Positions 1 to 9,319 of a stretch of DNA of 64,000 bases are shown one piece after another. Position numbers and translations under genes: made by a program. Position 1 is the stretch's first letter; every line of letters starts with the position of its first letter. Below the pieces are notes generated by a model. It was not told where the DNA came from and did not search any database. It saw only the letters and a program-made list of their open reading frames with translations. The stretch is from NCBI GenBank assembly GCA_963702025.1, contig OY969699.1:1440001-1504000 (forward strand), in the 5' to 3' direction. The DNA is from an uncultured bacterium (GTDB lineage: Bacteria > Babelota > Babeliae > Babelales > Vermiphilaceae).

Positions 1-1509
1 CTTTTAGCTCCGTTGCTTACCAATATTACTGCCGCAACCGGCATGCAATTAAGCGCAGCAGGGATTGCGATGGTGAATGCCGGTATTTCAACTGTTTGCA
101 GTAGTGCTGCAACTTCATTCTTGAGAACCGGCGATCCGATTAATACCGTTGCCCAACTCGCATCTCCTGCGCAACTTAAATCAGTAGCATTCAGTATGGC
201 ATCAGCCGGATTATGTTCTCAACTAGGTGATATGCTGAACGTGAATATGAAACCTGAATTGAAATCTTTGGTGAGCCATGTCAAAGAACAGGCACTGCGC
301 GGCACTGTCGATGCATTGCTGAATGTTGCAATCAATGATGCACCGGTTGATAAAGCGCTGGGCGATGCATGCAAACAAATTCCATTAAAAGCGGTTGCTG
401 CTTATGCGGCAAATAAAATTTGTACCGCGTATATGAATACCATCTCTCAAAAAGCAGCACAAACAGTCGTGGGCGGCTTGAGTGGTTTTGCGATGGATAA
501 TTCTTCAAGAGGCTTTGTTTCTGGTGCAGTTGGCGCATTAACAGCCGAAACTATTGGAGATTTACTCATAGCTGATGCAAAAGAAATTTCTATTATTGCT
601 GCGCTCCGGCTAAAAGCTGCAGGAAAACCACTGAGCATAGAAAATATGCAACAAGCAATCCAAGAAGAAGTGCGCTATAAAATGAATTTTGCCAAAATTG
701 CAGCTTCCGGCATTGCGGCGCTTGCAAAACAAAATCCTTCAATTGCGCTATCAACCGCAAGCAATGCGCTTGATAATGATGTCGCTATCCGAGGCTCATT
801 GTATGCAATGGCAGAATTCCAATCAATGCTCTCAGCGGCAAGTCAGGCAGTTGTTACTTTGGGGATACCTGATGAGGTAATGGAATCACAATTAGCAGAG
901 TCCAGCGCAGCAGCTTCACCTAATGAGCAAACGGGTGCATCTGAAGAAGGAGATCAAAGACCGTTTGTTGAACATCCTAATAGGGGTTTGTGGTATAAAG
1001 CTTGTATTTCAGGCGATCTTATATTAACAGAAGGACGTGGGAAATATCTTTATTTAGGTCTACGTTCTGTCTGGCATAAGCATCCTAAATGCCCGTTTAA
1101 TGTAATGGGCCATGGGAGTTCTTCAGCGGTGGAAGTGGACACAAAAGAAATTCATTCGCATGGATTAGATAGAACGAATTCAAATATCTTAGAAGCTGAG
1201 GGACGCGTAAGCCTGAATGCTACTGAACTTGCAAAACTGATTAGAACTGCGCCTAACTATGAAGAAGGGCAACATATCAATTTGTTTTCATGTGAATGTG
1301 GAGCTGACCCAGATGGAATAGCTCAGCAGTTGTCTGATGAAATGAAGACTCCAGTATCTGCCTTCACTGGATTAGCCGCGACTTTCGGGTTAGTATTTGC
1401 TTCAGTATCATTTGATAAGGGGTTCCCTGAATTAAAAGATATTAAAACCTTTTATCCGCAAGAGAAGCCTCTAACCAATATTCCAGACTTACGTTTCCCG
1501 ATGAATTAG
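1..1509 (+). CDS. 5'-truncated large exoprotein / polymorphic toxin C-terminus with DUF637/pre-toxin-like region and C-terminal His-Cys caspase-fold (peptidase C80-like) domain
   Basis: Frame is open from position 1. Ala/Gly-rich helical region ends in NALDND (VENN-like), followed by a linker, then VMGHG...LAKLIR...INLFSCECG...IAQQLSDEMKTPVSA. Confidence 0.55.
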   Translation, partial: LLAPLLTNITAATGMQLSAAGIAMVNAGISTVCSSAATSFLRTGDPINTVAQLASPAQLKSVAFSMASAGLCSQLGDMLNVNMKPELKSLVSHVKEQALRGTVDALLNVAINDAPVDKALGDACKQIPLKAVAAYAANKICTAYMNTISQKAAQTVVGGLSGFAMDNSSRGFVSGAVGALTAETIGDLLIADAKEISIIAALRLKAAGKPLSIENMQQAIQEEVRYKMNFAKIAASGIAALAKQNPSIALSTASNALDNDVAIRGSLYAMAEFQSMLSAASQAVVTLGIPDEVMESQLAESSAAASPNEQTGASEEGDQRPFVEHPNRGLWYKACISGDLILTEGRGKYLYLGLRSVWHKHPKCPFNVMGHGSSSAVEVDTKEIHSHGLDRTNSNILEAEGRVSLNATELAKLIRTAPNYEEGQHINLFSCECGADPDGIAQQLSDEMKTPVSAFTGLAATFGLVFASVSFDKGFPELKDIKTFYPQEKPLTNIPDLRFPMN

Positions 1510-1540
1510 AAAAGTATGAGCTTGAGCAATATGCAAGAAA

Positions 1541-2092
1541 TTATTTTTGCTCAAGCTCTTCAAAAGAGATATCACGAACCGGATAATTTTCCCAATCTTT
1601 ATAATCAAAATGCCACCATTCAGCATGCCAGCCAATAAAACCATGTTTATGCATAATGGTTTCTAAGAGTAAGCGATTTTGCCGGACAATTTCAGCAATA
1701 TCTTGATAATTACGATGAGCTTTTTCACTAAAATCATCGAAATCAGTACCCATATCAAGTTCTTTGCCAGTCTTTAGATCAATAAGCGTCACATCAATAG
1801 CACATCCGCGATTATGCCGGGAACCTTTTGAAGGATTGGCGACATACGTTTCATCGGGTAATAATTCCCAAAATATTTTTTGAACTGATAATGGCCGATA
1901 ACCATCATAAACTTTAAGACTAAAGCCCAGGCTAATGAATTCTTTTTGAGCTACTTGCAATGCCACTGCGGCTACTTCTTCAAGATAGCATTCTGCAATT
2001 GAATAAACTGGCACACCGGTAAAATTATTACTGGTGGCATACCTGATATCACGAGGAATTTGAGGATCAATTTTTATTATTTTCATGTGCAT
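1541..2092 (-). CDS. ddpX: D-alanyl-D-alanine dipeptidase (M15D, VanX/DdpX family)
   Basis: DIRYATSNNF, YDGYRP, SRHNRGCAID and EWWHF motifs. Confidence 0.92.
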   Translation of the reverse strand: MHMKIIKIDPQIPRDIRYATSNNFTGVPVYSIAECYLEEVAAVALQVAQKEFISLGFSLKVYDGYRPLSVQKIFWELLPDETYVANPSKGSRHNRGCAIDVTLIDLKTGKELDMGTDFDDFSEKAHRNYQDIAEIVRQNRLLLETIMHKHGFIGWHAEWWHFDYKDWENYPVRDISFEELEQK

Positions 2093-2771
2093 TTAATGCA
2101 AAATCAACGGCGGCTGATGTTTGAAGTTGCACCGGATCAATGATCGGCAACACTGAATTAGTTTGATTCACCACCGATGGATATTCGGTGCATCCCAAAA
2201 CAACCGCATCGCAATCTTTATGTTTTGCAATCAAATTGGCAAAATAGTTTCTTGATTCTTGCGACACGCTATTTTGCATTAACTCGCCATGAATTCGTTG
2301 CATCTCATTGCGCTCTTCTAGATTTGGAATCACTACCTCTGTGCCATTATCTTCAAGTTTCTTGCCAAAAAAACCATCTTCCATGGTAAATTTGGTGGCA
2401 AGTAAAAGGACTTTATTATAGTTTTGCTTTTTAATATGTTGCGCAACTAAATCAACGGCATGGAATACGTGAATTTGAGAGTTAAGATCAGCTTTAATCA
2501 TGTCATAATATTTATGCAAGCTGTTGCAGCAAATAATAATGCAATCAGGATTGAGTGTGATAAGCTTTAGCAATTCTCTTTTTAATGCTGCGGCAGTTGC
2601 ACCATGATCTTTGCCGTAATTGCTCATAATATCATGATAATCGACACTGCTTAGAATAATTTTGGCGCTATGATAACCGCCCAAGCGTTTGTTCATCTTT
2701 TCATTTAATAGTGTGTAATAGCCAATGGTTGATGACCAGCCGGTGCCGCCTAATAATCCAATTGTTTTCAT
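2067..2771 (-). CDS. Aspartate/glutamate racemase family protein (RacX/YgeA-like)
   Basis: MKTIGLLGGTGWSST start; two catalytic Cys motifs CNSLH and LGCTE. Confidence 0.92.
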   Translation of the reverse strand: MKTIGLLGGTGWSSTIGYYTLLNEKMNKRLGGYHSAKIILSSVDYHDIMSNYGKDHGATAAALKRELLKLITLNPDCIIICCNSLHKYYDMIKADLNSQIHVFHAVDLVAQHIKKQNYNKVLLLATKFTMEDGFFGKKLEDNGTEVVIPNLEERNEMQRIHGELMQNSVSQESRNYFANLIAKHKDCDAVVLGCTEYPSVVNQTNSVLPIIDPVQLQTSAAVDFALNAHENNKN

Positions 2772-2844
2772 GTGTGATCCTGTAGTGTAATAATGTTTAT
2801 ATTGCTTTGTTTATGTTTTTAATAAAGTTTACTACTTCTTTTGA

Positions 2845-3465
2845 TTACGGACACCAGCTATCATCATATCGATATCGTTTTTCAGATGCTTTTTCTTTGG
2901 CTTCTCGAGCCTCACGATTCTTCTTGGATGAAAAAAGTTGCATTCCTACCGGAATATCCTTTACCCCAGTTGTTGTAAGGAGAACATGATCCCAAGAAGC
3001 ATGGTAATGCATATAAATATCCATACAGCGCTTAACAACTGAACTTTTAGTATAAAGCTGCTCGATTTCTTTGTGTCTATCCTGTCCTTGATATTTTAAT
3101 TTCTCATTTAATTTTTCATTAAGTTCTACGGGCAGCTTTTTAACCTGTATTAATATCGGCGTAATACGGAGCTGCTCATTTTCCTGAGTAATGGTTGCAA
3201 TTTTATTGAGGGTGGTTATCGCGGTAAAAAGATCAAGTTGCTTTTCCAGCGGAGCATTCACCATATCAGTATATTTATTAAGGCTTTCATGAGGAAATTG
3301 GGCATCAATTTTTTGAGCCAGAAGATCGCACTGCTGATTGCGCACGGATGCAATTTCTCTGATTATTTTCTCGAGACACAATGAAACGAGGGGAGGGATA
3401 TATCTTGAATTTTGCATTGGATAAATGTTTGAAACAAAAAATAAAGGAAGTAGTAAGTATTTCAT
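2845..3465 (-). CDS. Secreted hypothetical protein with BC-box-like motif
   Basis: Signal peptide MKYLLLPLFF..., then IPPLVSLCLEKI. Confidence 0.6.
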   Translation of the reverse strand: MKYLLLPLFFVSNIYPMQNSRYIPPLVSLCLEKIIREIASVRNQQCDLLAQKIDAQFPHESLNKYTDMVNAPLEKQLDLFTAITTLNKIATITQENEQLRITPILIQVKKLPVELNEKLNEKLKYQGQDRHKEIEQLYTKSSVVKRCMDIYMHYHASWDHVLLTTTGVKDIPVGMQLFSSKKNREAREAKEKASEKRYRYDDSWCP

Positions 3466-3483
3466 AAACAGCTTTCGTATATT

Positions 3484-4074
3484 TTAATCTGCATGCTCAA
3501 TCGATTCAAATGCAAACATCTGCCGATCTTCATGCCAAGTGAAGGTAATAATTGATTCATTGGTTACTTCGGGTAATTGTTCTACATTATGCCCTAGATG
3601 AACAAGCAATGAGCGGATTGCTCCTCCATGAGTCACCACGGCAATACGCTGGTCTTTGTGTTTTTGTGCGATTAACAGGAGATAGTTCATAACGCGTTCT
3701 ATTACTTTATCGCGGGGTTCTGCACCAATTTCTTCTGGCAATGTTAGCCAATCAAAATGTCCATAAAGATCGTGCCATTCTTTTTTTGTAAGCCCTTCCA
3801 TTTTGCCATAATGTCCTTCGCGCAGATCAGCGGCACTAATGATCTCTAATGTAAAAAGAGTGGCAATTGCATGCGCCGTTTGATGCGCTCGTTGCAAATC
3901 TGATGAATAAAGGGCATGCAAAGAGACGTGTTTCTTCTTAAGAAACTGCGCCACTTTTTGTGCTTGTGCTTTTCCGGTTGCATTCAATGGAATATCCGCG
4001 TGGCCCTGTATTTTACCCGCAAGATTCCAATCAGTTTGACCATGACGAATAAGATATAAGGTAGTTGTACTCAT
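3484..4074 (-). CDS. Histidine phosphatase / phosphoglycerate mutase family protein
   Basis: LIRHGQTDWN, SSDLQRA and VTHGG motifs. Confidence 0.93.
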   Translation of the reverse strand: MSTTTLYLIRHGQTDWNLAGKIQGHADIPLNATGKAQAQKVAQFLKKKHVSLHALYSSDLQRAHQTAHAIATLFTLEIISAADLREGHYGKMEGLTKKEWHDLYGHFDWLTLPEEIGAEPRDKVIERVMNYLLLIAQKHKDQRIAVVTHGGAIRSLLVHLGHNVEQLPEVTNESIITFTWHEDRQMFAFESIEHAD

Positions 4075-4145
4075 ATGAAAATCCTCAATGTGTATATTTT
4101 ATGCATTGCATTTATGAACAAGAAATTTCTATATCAGGCAAATGG

Positions 4146-4445
4146 CTAATCAGGATGCGGCACAATCGCAATAATTGTAAGCTGACGTTCTTTAGGTCCA
4201 TAATACCAAAATATTCGATATGCCCTGGGAGTCTTTTGTTGTGCGTATGCTTCAAAAACTTTTTCTCCTCTTGGCCCCTTTAATGCAGTGTACTCGTGCG
4301 TATTTAGAGATGGATGCCTTAAATTTACTTCCATAAGGCCTAATGTCTTGCTTACTGCTTTATAAATTTTGATTTGTGAAGGATCATTTTCAAGCTCATC
4401 GAGACTATCATTTGCCTCATCAGAAAACACCAATTCTCTTTTCAT
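4146..4445 (-). CDS. RelE/ParE-like type II toxin
   Basis: 99 aa, basic; HPSLNTHE and YRIFWYY motifs; ATGA overlap with upstream small gene. Confidence 0.7.
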   Translation of the reverse strand: MKRELVFSDEANDSLDELENDPSQIKIYKAVSKTLGLMEVNLRHPSLNTHEYTALKGPRGEKVFEAYAQQKTPRAYRIFWYYGPKERQLTIIAIVPHPD

Positions 4446-4717
4446 TTGGATTTACTTCTCTTAGTTACATGATGGGCAAATGAACCACGGCTCACCCCTG
4501 GTGTTTTTTGTTTGAGGCCCCGTTTGATTTTCTCGAGAATTTCTTTATTTTCGGGCTTAAAAAGCCAAGCTTCGCGAGCAGGAACTTCTACTATAGGTTC
4601 TAGAATGATTCGACCATCTTTTTCTTCATGAGCATAAAAAGAAGACGCAATTTTTTTTGATACTTTAGTAAGCGATATTCGATTGCGAGAATCCACCTTT
4701 ACTGAAACTTTTTTCAT
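4442..4717 (-). CDS. AbrB/MazE-like antitoxin
   Basis: KVDSRNRISL...DGRIILEP swapped-hairpin pattern; AGGAG RBS before ATG at 4717; coupled to toxin. Confidence 0.65.
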   Translation of the reverse strand: MKKVSVKVDSRNRISLTKVSKKIASSFYAHEEKDGRIILEPIVEVPAREAWLFKPENKEILEKIKRGLKQKTPGVSRGSFAHHVTKRSKSK

Positions 4718-4775
4718 AAAAATACTCCTAAAAAAGTTAGTTATTTTAAACAATATCATAAAAGTGGGATTTGTG

Positions 4776-5651
4776 TCAAATGGGTAAATGGGTATTTATC
4801 ACTTCATCAATAATGCGCCAGCAATTTTTGCCTTCGATGTTATTTGCTTCGCAAATTTCCGATGCAACAATCAACGCTTTCCATAAGGCCCAACCGCGAC
4901 CGCGAGCCCAAGTGCCTTCATCTAGATTAAGAGTTTTGCAAAAAACTTCCCTGCTTTCTCCTTTGAAGAATGTCCATGCAATTGCTAAGTCGCACGCAGG
5001 ATCACCAATTGTTAATCCACCAAAATCAATAACGGCGCTTAACTGCCCGTTTTGCACGAGCAAGTTTCCCAGACTAATGTCTCCATGCACCCAAACAGGC
5101 GGCCGGGTCCACTGCGTTGCAAGTGCTGCTTCCCAAACTTGAGTTGCGGCGACAATATCGATCTTATCTTTCAGGATCGCCAAAGCTTTACGCGTTTCAT
5201 CATCATAAATTGCTAGCGATCCACCACGATCAGTGGTTGTTCCGGGAACCGGACCATTGGTAGGATCAATTTTTTGCAGCGCAACAAGAAATTGTGCAAG
5301 GCTCTTTGCAAAATCATTGGTATTAGCTATTTGTGCGTAGCCAGCAGCTTCGCCTGGTAGCCAGCGATAAACAGACCATTGCCATGGATAACCATACCCT
5401 GGCTCACCAATCACTAAAGGAATGGGAATTTGCAGTGGCAATAACGGAGCCAAAATTGGTAACCACTTATGCTCTTTTTCAACTTTCGGCGCATATTCTT
5501 GCCCGCTTGGCATACGCACGAGCATTGCATCACCAAGATGGAAGGTTCTATTATCCCATCCGCCCTGAGCAACCGGCTTTACCTCCAAATGTTTCCATTG
5601 GGGAAATTGAGAATCTATGAGCTTCCGCACAAGTTCAGTATCTATGATCAT
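4776..5651 (-). CDS. Aminoglycoside phosphotransferase (APH) family kinase
   Basis: GWDNRTF, HGDISLGN and IDFG...GDPACDL motifs. Confidence 0.92.
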   Translation of the reverse strand: MIIDTELVRKLIDSQFPQWKHLEVKPVAQGGWDNRTFHLGDAMLVRMPSGQEYAPKVEKEHKWLPILAPLLPLQIPIPLVIGEPGYGYPWQWSVYRWLPGEAAGYAQIANTNDFAKSLAQFLVALQKIDPTNGPVPGTTTDRGGSLAIYDDETRKALAILKDKIDIVAATQVWEAALATQWTRPPVWVHGDISLGNLLVQNGQLSAVIDFGGLTIGDPACDLAIAWTFFKGESREVFCKTLNLDEGTWARGRGWALWKALIVASEICEANNIEGKNCWRIIDEVINTHLPI

Positions 5652-5653
5652 AA

Positions 5654-6487
5654 CTATTTATCGTCATTTTCTAATTTAGATGTATCAAATCCCCATTTTG
5701 CGCACAAGCCATGTAATGCAAGCATAGCGCTCGAATAGCCTTTACAGCTATAGATCGCTCTCAAATCTGTTTCTAATTTATCATTGCCATGCGCCATTTC
5801 TGCAAAAAAATCAGGGCCTTTTAATAGATTCATCTGATATCTATGAGTGTTATACATATGATCTTGAATTCTGGCAACTTCATCGGCAGTCAAAAGGGGA
5901 TTAAGTGAAGGCTTTTTTTGAGCCGCTTCAAGAAGCGTTTTGAATGCTTCAACTATTTTTGAATCAACATCATAATCAGCAGTGCCGTATACATTAACTA
6001 TCACCGGCCTTTCAAGATTTTTTGTTTGCTCTGTTCTAATAAAACCTACGTTTGCAAATTTATCATTTAATAATGTTTGATGCCACGCAATTCCCTGTTC
6101 TTTATCCACGTTGCCATTCCAAGGAATGAATTGTAAGAGTTTATGAAAGGATGCTGATTGCTGTGTCAAGACATCGCAAGCATAGCGATGCGATTTGCTC
6201 GCACGATCTTCTTCGTTATCGATATCTTCCATCACTTTGCAAAAATCCGTTGGTTTAAAATTGGTATCATGGGCAGCTTGTGTGCACAAATGAGAAAAAA
6301 GTCCCCTTTGTATTGCTATAAGAGTATTTGATTGCGGGGATATATCTTTAAAGCAATCGATCACATCTGGCGAAGATATAAGAGGCTTATTGTAGGCAGC
6401 CAAAAGATTTTCTTTTGGGGCTTCCATAGCCTGGAGGCTAAATATGCTAAAACATGCTAATGCCATTGTACTTTTAATAAGTTTCAT
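5654..6487 (-). CDS. Secreted hypothetical protein (AME leader)
   Basis: GAGG RBS, then MKLIKSTMALACFSIFSLQA-MEAP. Confidence 0.7.
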   Translation of the reverse strand: MKLIKSTMALACFSIFSLQAMEAPKENLLAAYNKPLISSPDVIDCFKDISPQSNTLIAIQRGLFSHLCTQAAHDTNFKPTDFCKVMEDIDNEEDRASKSHRYACDVLTQQSASFHKLLQFIPWNGNVDKEQGIAWHQTLLNDKFANVGFIRTEQTKNLERPVIVNVYGTADYDVDSKIVEAFKTLLEAAQKKPSLNPLLTADEVARIQDHMYNTHRYQMNLLKGPDFFAEMAHGNDKLETDLRAIYSCKGYSSAMLALHGLCAKWGFDTSKLENDDK

Positions 6488-6596
6488 ATGAACCTCTTCG
6501 AATAAAATAGCTGTAATTGTCCTAAGATTAGCAAATATGATAGCCATTTATGCAAATTAAAGATAGAAAAAATGCCATTATTTATGCGGCTTTTCT

Positions 6597-7958
6597 CTAT
6601 TTTGATTCATCTTCTTTCAAGTAATTCTCAGCTAATTCTTTCCAATTAATCGCCTTTGGCTGTCTTTTTTGCGCTTTGTGCAATTCAACTTCACGGCGAA
6701 GATCTTCAAATTGTTGTATGCGGGCTTCGAAAAGAGGGTGTGTACTTTTAAATGTTTCTTTCTTCGGAGCTTCCAGCAAGTACTCCTCTGCACTCATTGT
6801 CCCTCTGTTTCCCCAGGCTATTGCATCATCGATAGGAATGCCAAATTCTATAATCGCAAATCTATCTGCTTCTAATTCTTGGGTTCTGCTATATGCATGC
6901 TCAAAGCTTTCTTTAAATGGTAGATGCTCACTAGTTTTTTTCTCTTTTTTAAATTCTTCAATTGCAGCCTTTTGCAAAACTGAATGGGTTAAAGTCTGAG
7001 GCTCAAATAAGTGGCCTAATGCAAAATGTCCCAATTCATGCGCTATAACAAAGCGAAGCTCACCAATAGGTTGTTTTGTTGTGCTAGCGCCTATCCTAAT
7101 AAGCGGTAAACCATCTTTGGGTGAAGAATAAACTAATGCGATATCATCTATATAATTTCTTTTAATGTGATCAGATCCGGTTGGATCGACTGCTAGTATT
7201 GCTTCATATAATGAGGACGCAAAGGATTTAATTACCTCCAATATTTGCATGCGCTCGCTTTCGGTAATAGCAGGTGTTTTGGCTACCGTATCATTATATT
7301 GCCTAAGATACCCTGATAGACTTTCTTTTTGCGCTTCTTGGTCATAATATTTTATCCCCGGATCAAATATAATAACCGGATATCCATAAATTTCATCACT
7401 CCCCTGAATCCCTGCTGCTTTCGGATCCACTGCCATTTCCAGGCATGGCTTGCCATTTGCTGCTTCGCATTTTCTAAGTGTTTCATATCCTTGAGGATTA
7501 ATGTGCTGAATAATCTTCATCCAATATTCGTATTCATCTTTGGGGAATGAATAATCTTCTTTCTGCGCATATTTTTCAGATATAAAATCAAGACCTGGCT
7601 TAAAGGCCAAGTATTTGGCAGCCATTAAGAATGCAAAGTTATCTTTAATCGGAATCTCTTGCTCTGCCTTCTTAAGAAATTGTTTTTCATTGAGATTTTT
7701 ATGTTGATAAAGCAGTTGCATTAATTGTGCAATTTCTGCCAGTACTTCCCCTGAAATACTAAGATACGCACTCCCATAGTCTCGGAGGATGTTTGCAAAG
7801 ACCTCTGATTTTTGTGCAATTTCAAAAGGAACTTTAAATTCTTTTTTATCAGAGCTTATCAGCGTCACCATGGCTGGAGCTTGCGGTGGCAGCTCCATGG
7901 CATTGAGCATGGCGCTCAAACCCAATACGATAAATATGATTGATAGTTGTAGCTTCAT
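6597..7958 (-). CDS. Secreted Skp1/BTB-like domain fused to M48 zinc metalloprotease
   Basis: Signal ...LNA-MELP; VTLISSDKKEFKV...SEVFANIL...LMAAKYL (Skp1-like); AHELGH, ELEADRFA and STHP..RI (M48). Confidence 0.8.
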   Translation of the reverse strand: MKLQLSIIFIVLGLSAMLNAMELPPQAPAMVTLISSDKKEFKVPFEIAQKSEVFANILRDYGSAYLSISGEVLAEIAQLMQLLYQHKNLNEKQFLKKAEQEIPIKDNFAFLMAAKYLAFKPGLDFISEKYAQKEDYSFPKDEYEYWMKIIQHINPQGYETLRKCEAANGKPCLEMAVDPKAAGIQGSDEIYGYPVIIFDPGIKYYDQEAQKESLSGYLRQYNDTVAKTPAITESERMQILEVIKSFASSLYEAILAVDPTGSDHIKRNYIDDIALVYSSPKDGLPLIRIGASTTKQPIGELRFVIAHELGHFALGHLFEPQTLTHSVLQKAAIEEFKKEKKTSEHLPFKESFEHAYSRTQELEADRFAIIEFGIPIDDAIAWGNRGTMSAEEYLLEAPKKETFKSTHPLFEARIQQFEDLRREVELHKAQKRQPKAINWKELAENYLKEDESK

Positions 7959-9305
7959 TAATTACCGCTTTCTTTATTCTTCAACATTTCTTCTAATTCA
8001 TTATGTAAATAGGTCGGCAAAAGATTTTTTGCTCTTTCAAGAGTTATTTTGCCCTCTTTCACCCACTGTGCCACGTTTTTTACTGATTTGAATTCTGCTT
8101 GCGCTATATCTGATGTTTCGAGCAGTTCTTGTTTAGTTTCAAGATTTAACGCTTCCACTCTCGCTATATGCTTCTTTTCTTCCGGCATCATCGGCCTTTT
8201 TTCGATTCTAAACCCAAGCTCATTAAGCTTAGCTTTTTCAACGTCTAAAAAAGATCGCGTTTTCATTTTTCTTATCTCACCAGATTCTGTTTTTGTGAGC
8301 CCCTTTGTTAATATTTTTTCAATCTCCGCAAATTCTTTTATCGCATTATCCATAAAAACAGACTTTTTATCTTGGTTTAAGCGCTTGGCTTTCTCGCTTA
8401 ATTCTTTTGTCCAATCAAGCATGGTTTTACCATTTTTGTCCGTGATGCTCATAATACTGCCATGCCCTTTAATCACTTCTACACTCTCATCCATATGTGT
8501 TCCCTCCGGCAACCAATTAACATAGGTCTTGAGTAAATAGTATAGGTGACGACCGCCATCATATTTTGCCAACGCGAAAGCCTCTTCGACTGCGATTACG
8601 TAGGCAGCGATATGGAGGGCCACATGTGCTTCTTGTGGGGTATATCTTTTACCATGGATTGTACTTTTGTATGTACCTTCTCTTTCTTCTGCAATAAATG
8701 GGCCATAGTTTTTATAGCGCTTTGAAAGATTATTAAATCTAATCTGTGGCCCCTTAAGATTTTCAAGCACGTTATATATTCCATATTCTACTATTGTCAG
8801 TTCCTGGATAGCCTCTTTCAGTTCATAGGTAGCCGTTTGCCGCTCATAGATAGCCATTATCCGTTCATAGGTACCCGTTTTCAGTTCATCGGTATCATAC
8901 GGAGGCGTTCCTTCTGCCAACATCATCCCTATCGCATCCAGATCATACCGAAAGCTAAGCTCAAGCTCTCCCTCAATAATGCGCGGTGGCATCCCTTCAT
9001 TATTAAGTTTATTTTTAAAATCAGGATCAGCAGCAATAGCATTCTCAACAAAGGTTTTTATCGCCTGGAGTTGCCCAGTAAGATCTTTTATCTCTTTAAC
9101 TAATGCGTTCAGAGTATTTGTATCCTTTTCAGGGTTAATTCTGATACTTTTGTCTCTAATTTCCCTTACATTTTTGGTCAAATGTTGCACCATATCAGTC
9201 AAGTTTTTTATTCACATCTTTATTTCCACCAACAGGCAGCTCCATGGCATTGAGCAGGGTGCTCATGCTCAGGATGGCGAGAACAATGTTTTTTGACAGA
9301 TTCAT
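7958..9305 (-). pseudogene. Secreted protein gene with a 1-nt frameshift separating the signal peptide from the body
   Basis: ATG at 9305 with AAGGA RBS gives MNLSKNIVLAILSMSTLLNA-MELPVGG...KKLD* (stop 9195-9197). The body ORF 7958..9202 is in another frame. Removing one A from the A6 run at 9204-9209 fuses them. Confidence 0.75.
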
Positions 9306-9319
9306 AGGACTTCCTTTAT

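Noticed and set aside
1541..2092. vanX as part of a vancomycin resistance cluster
   Set aside because: No vanH, vanA, vanR or vanS nearby
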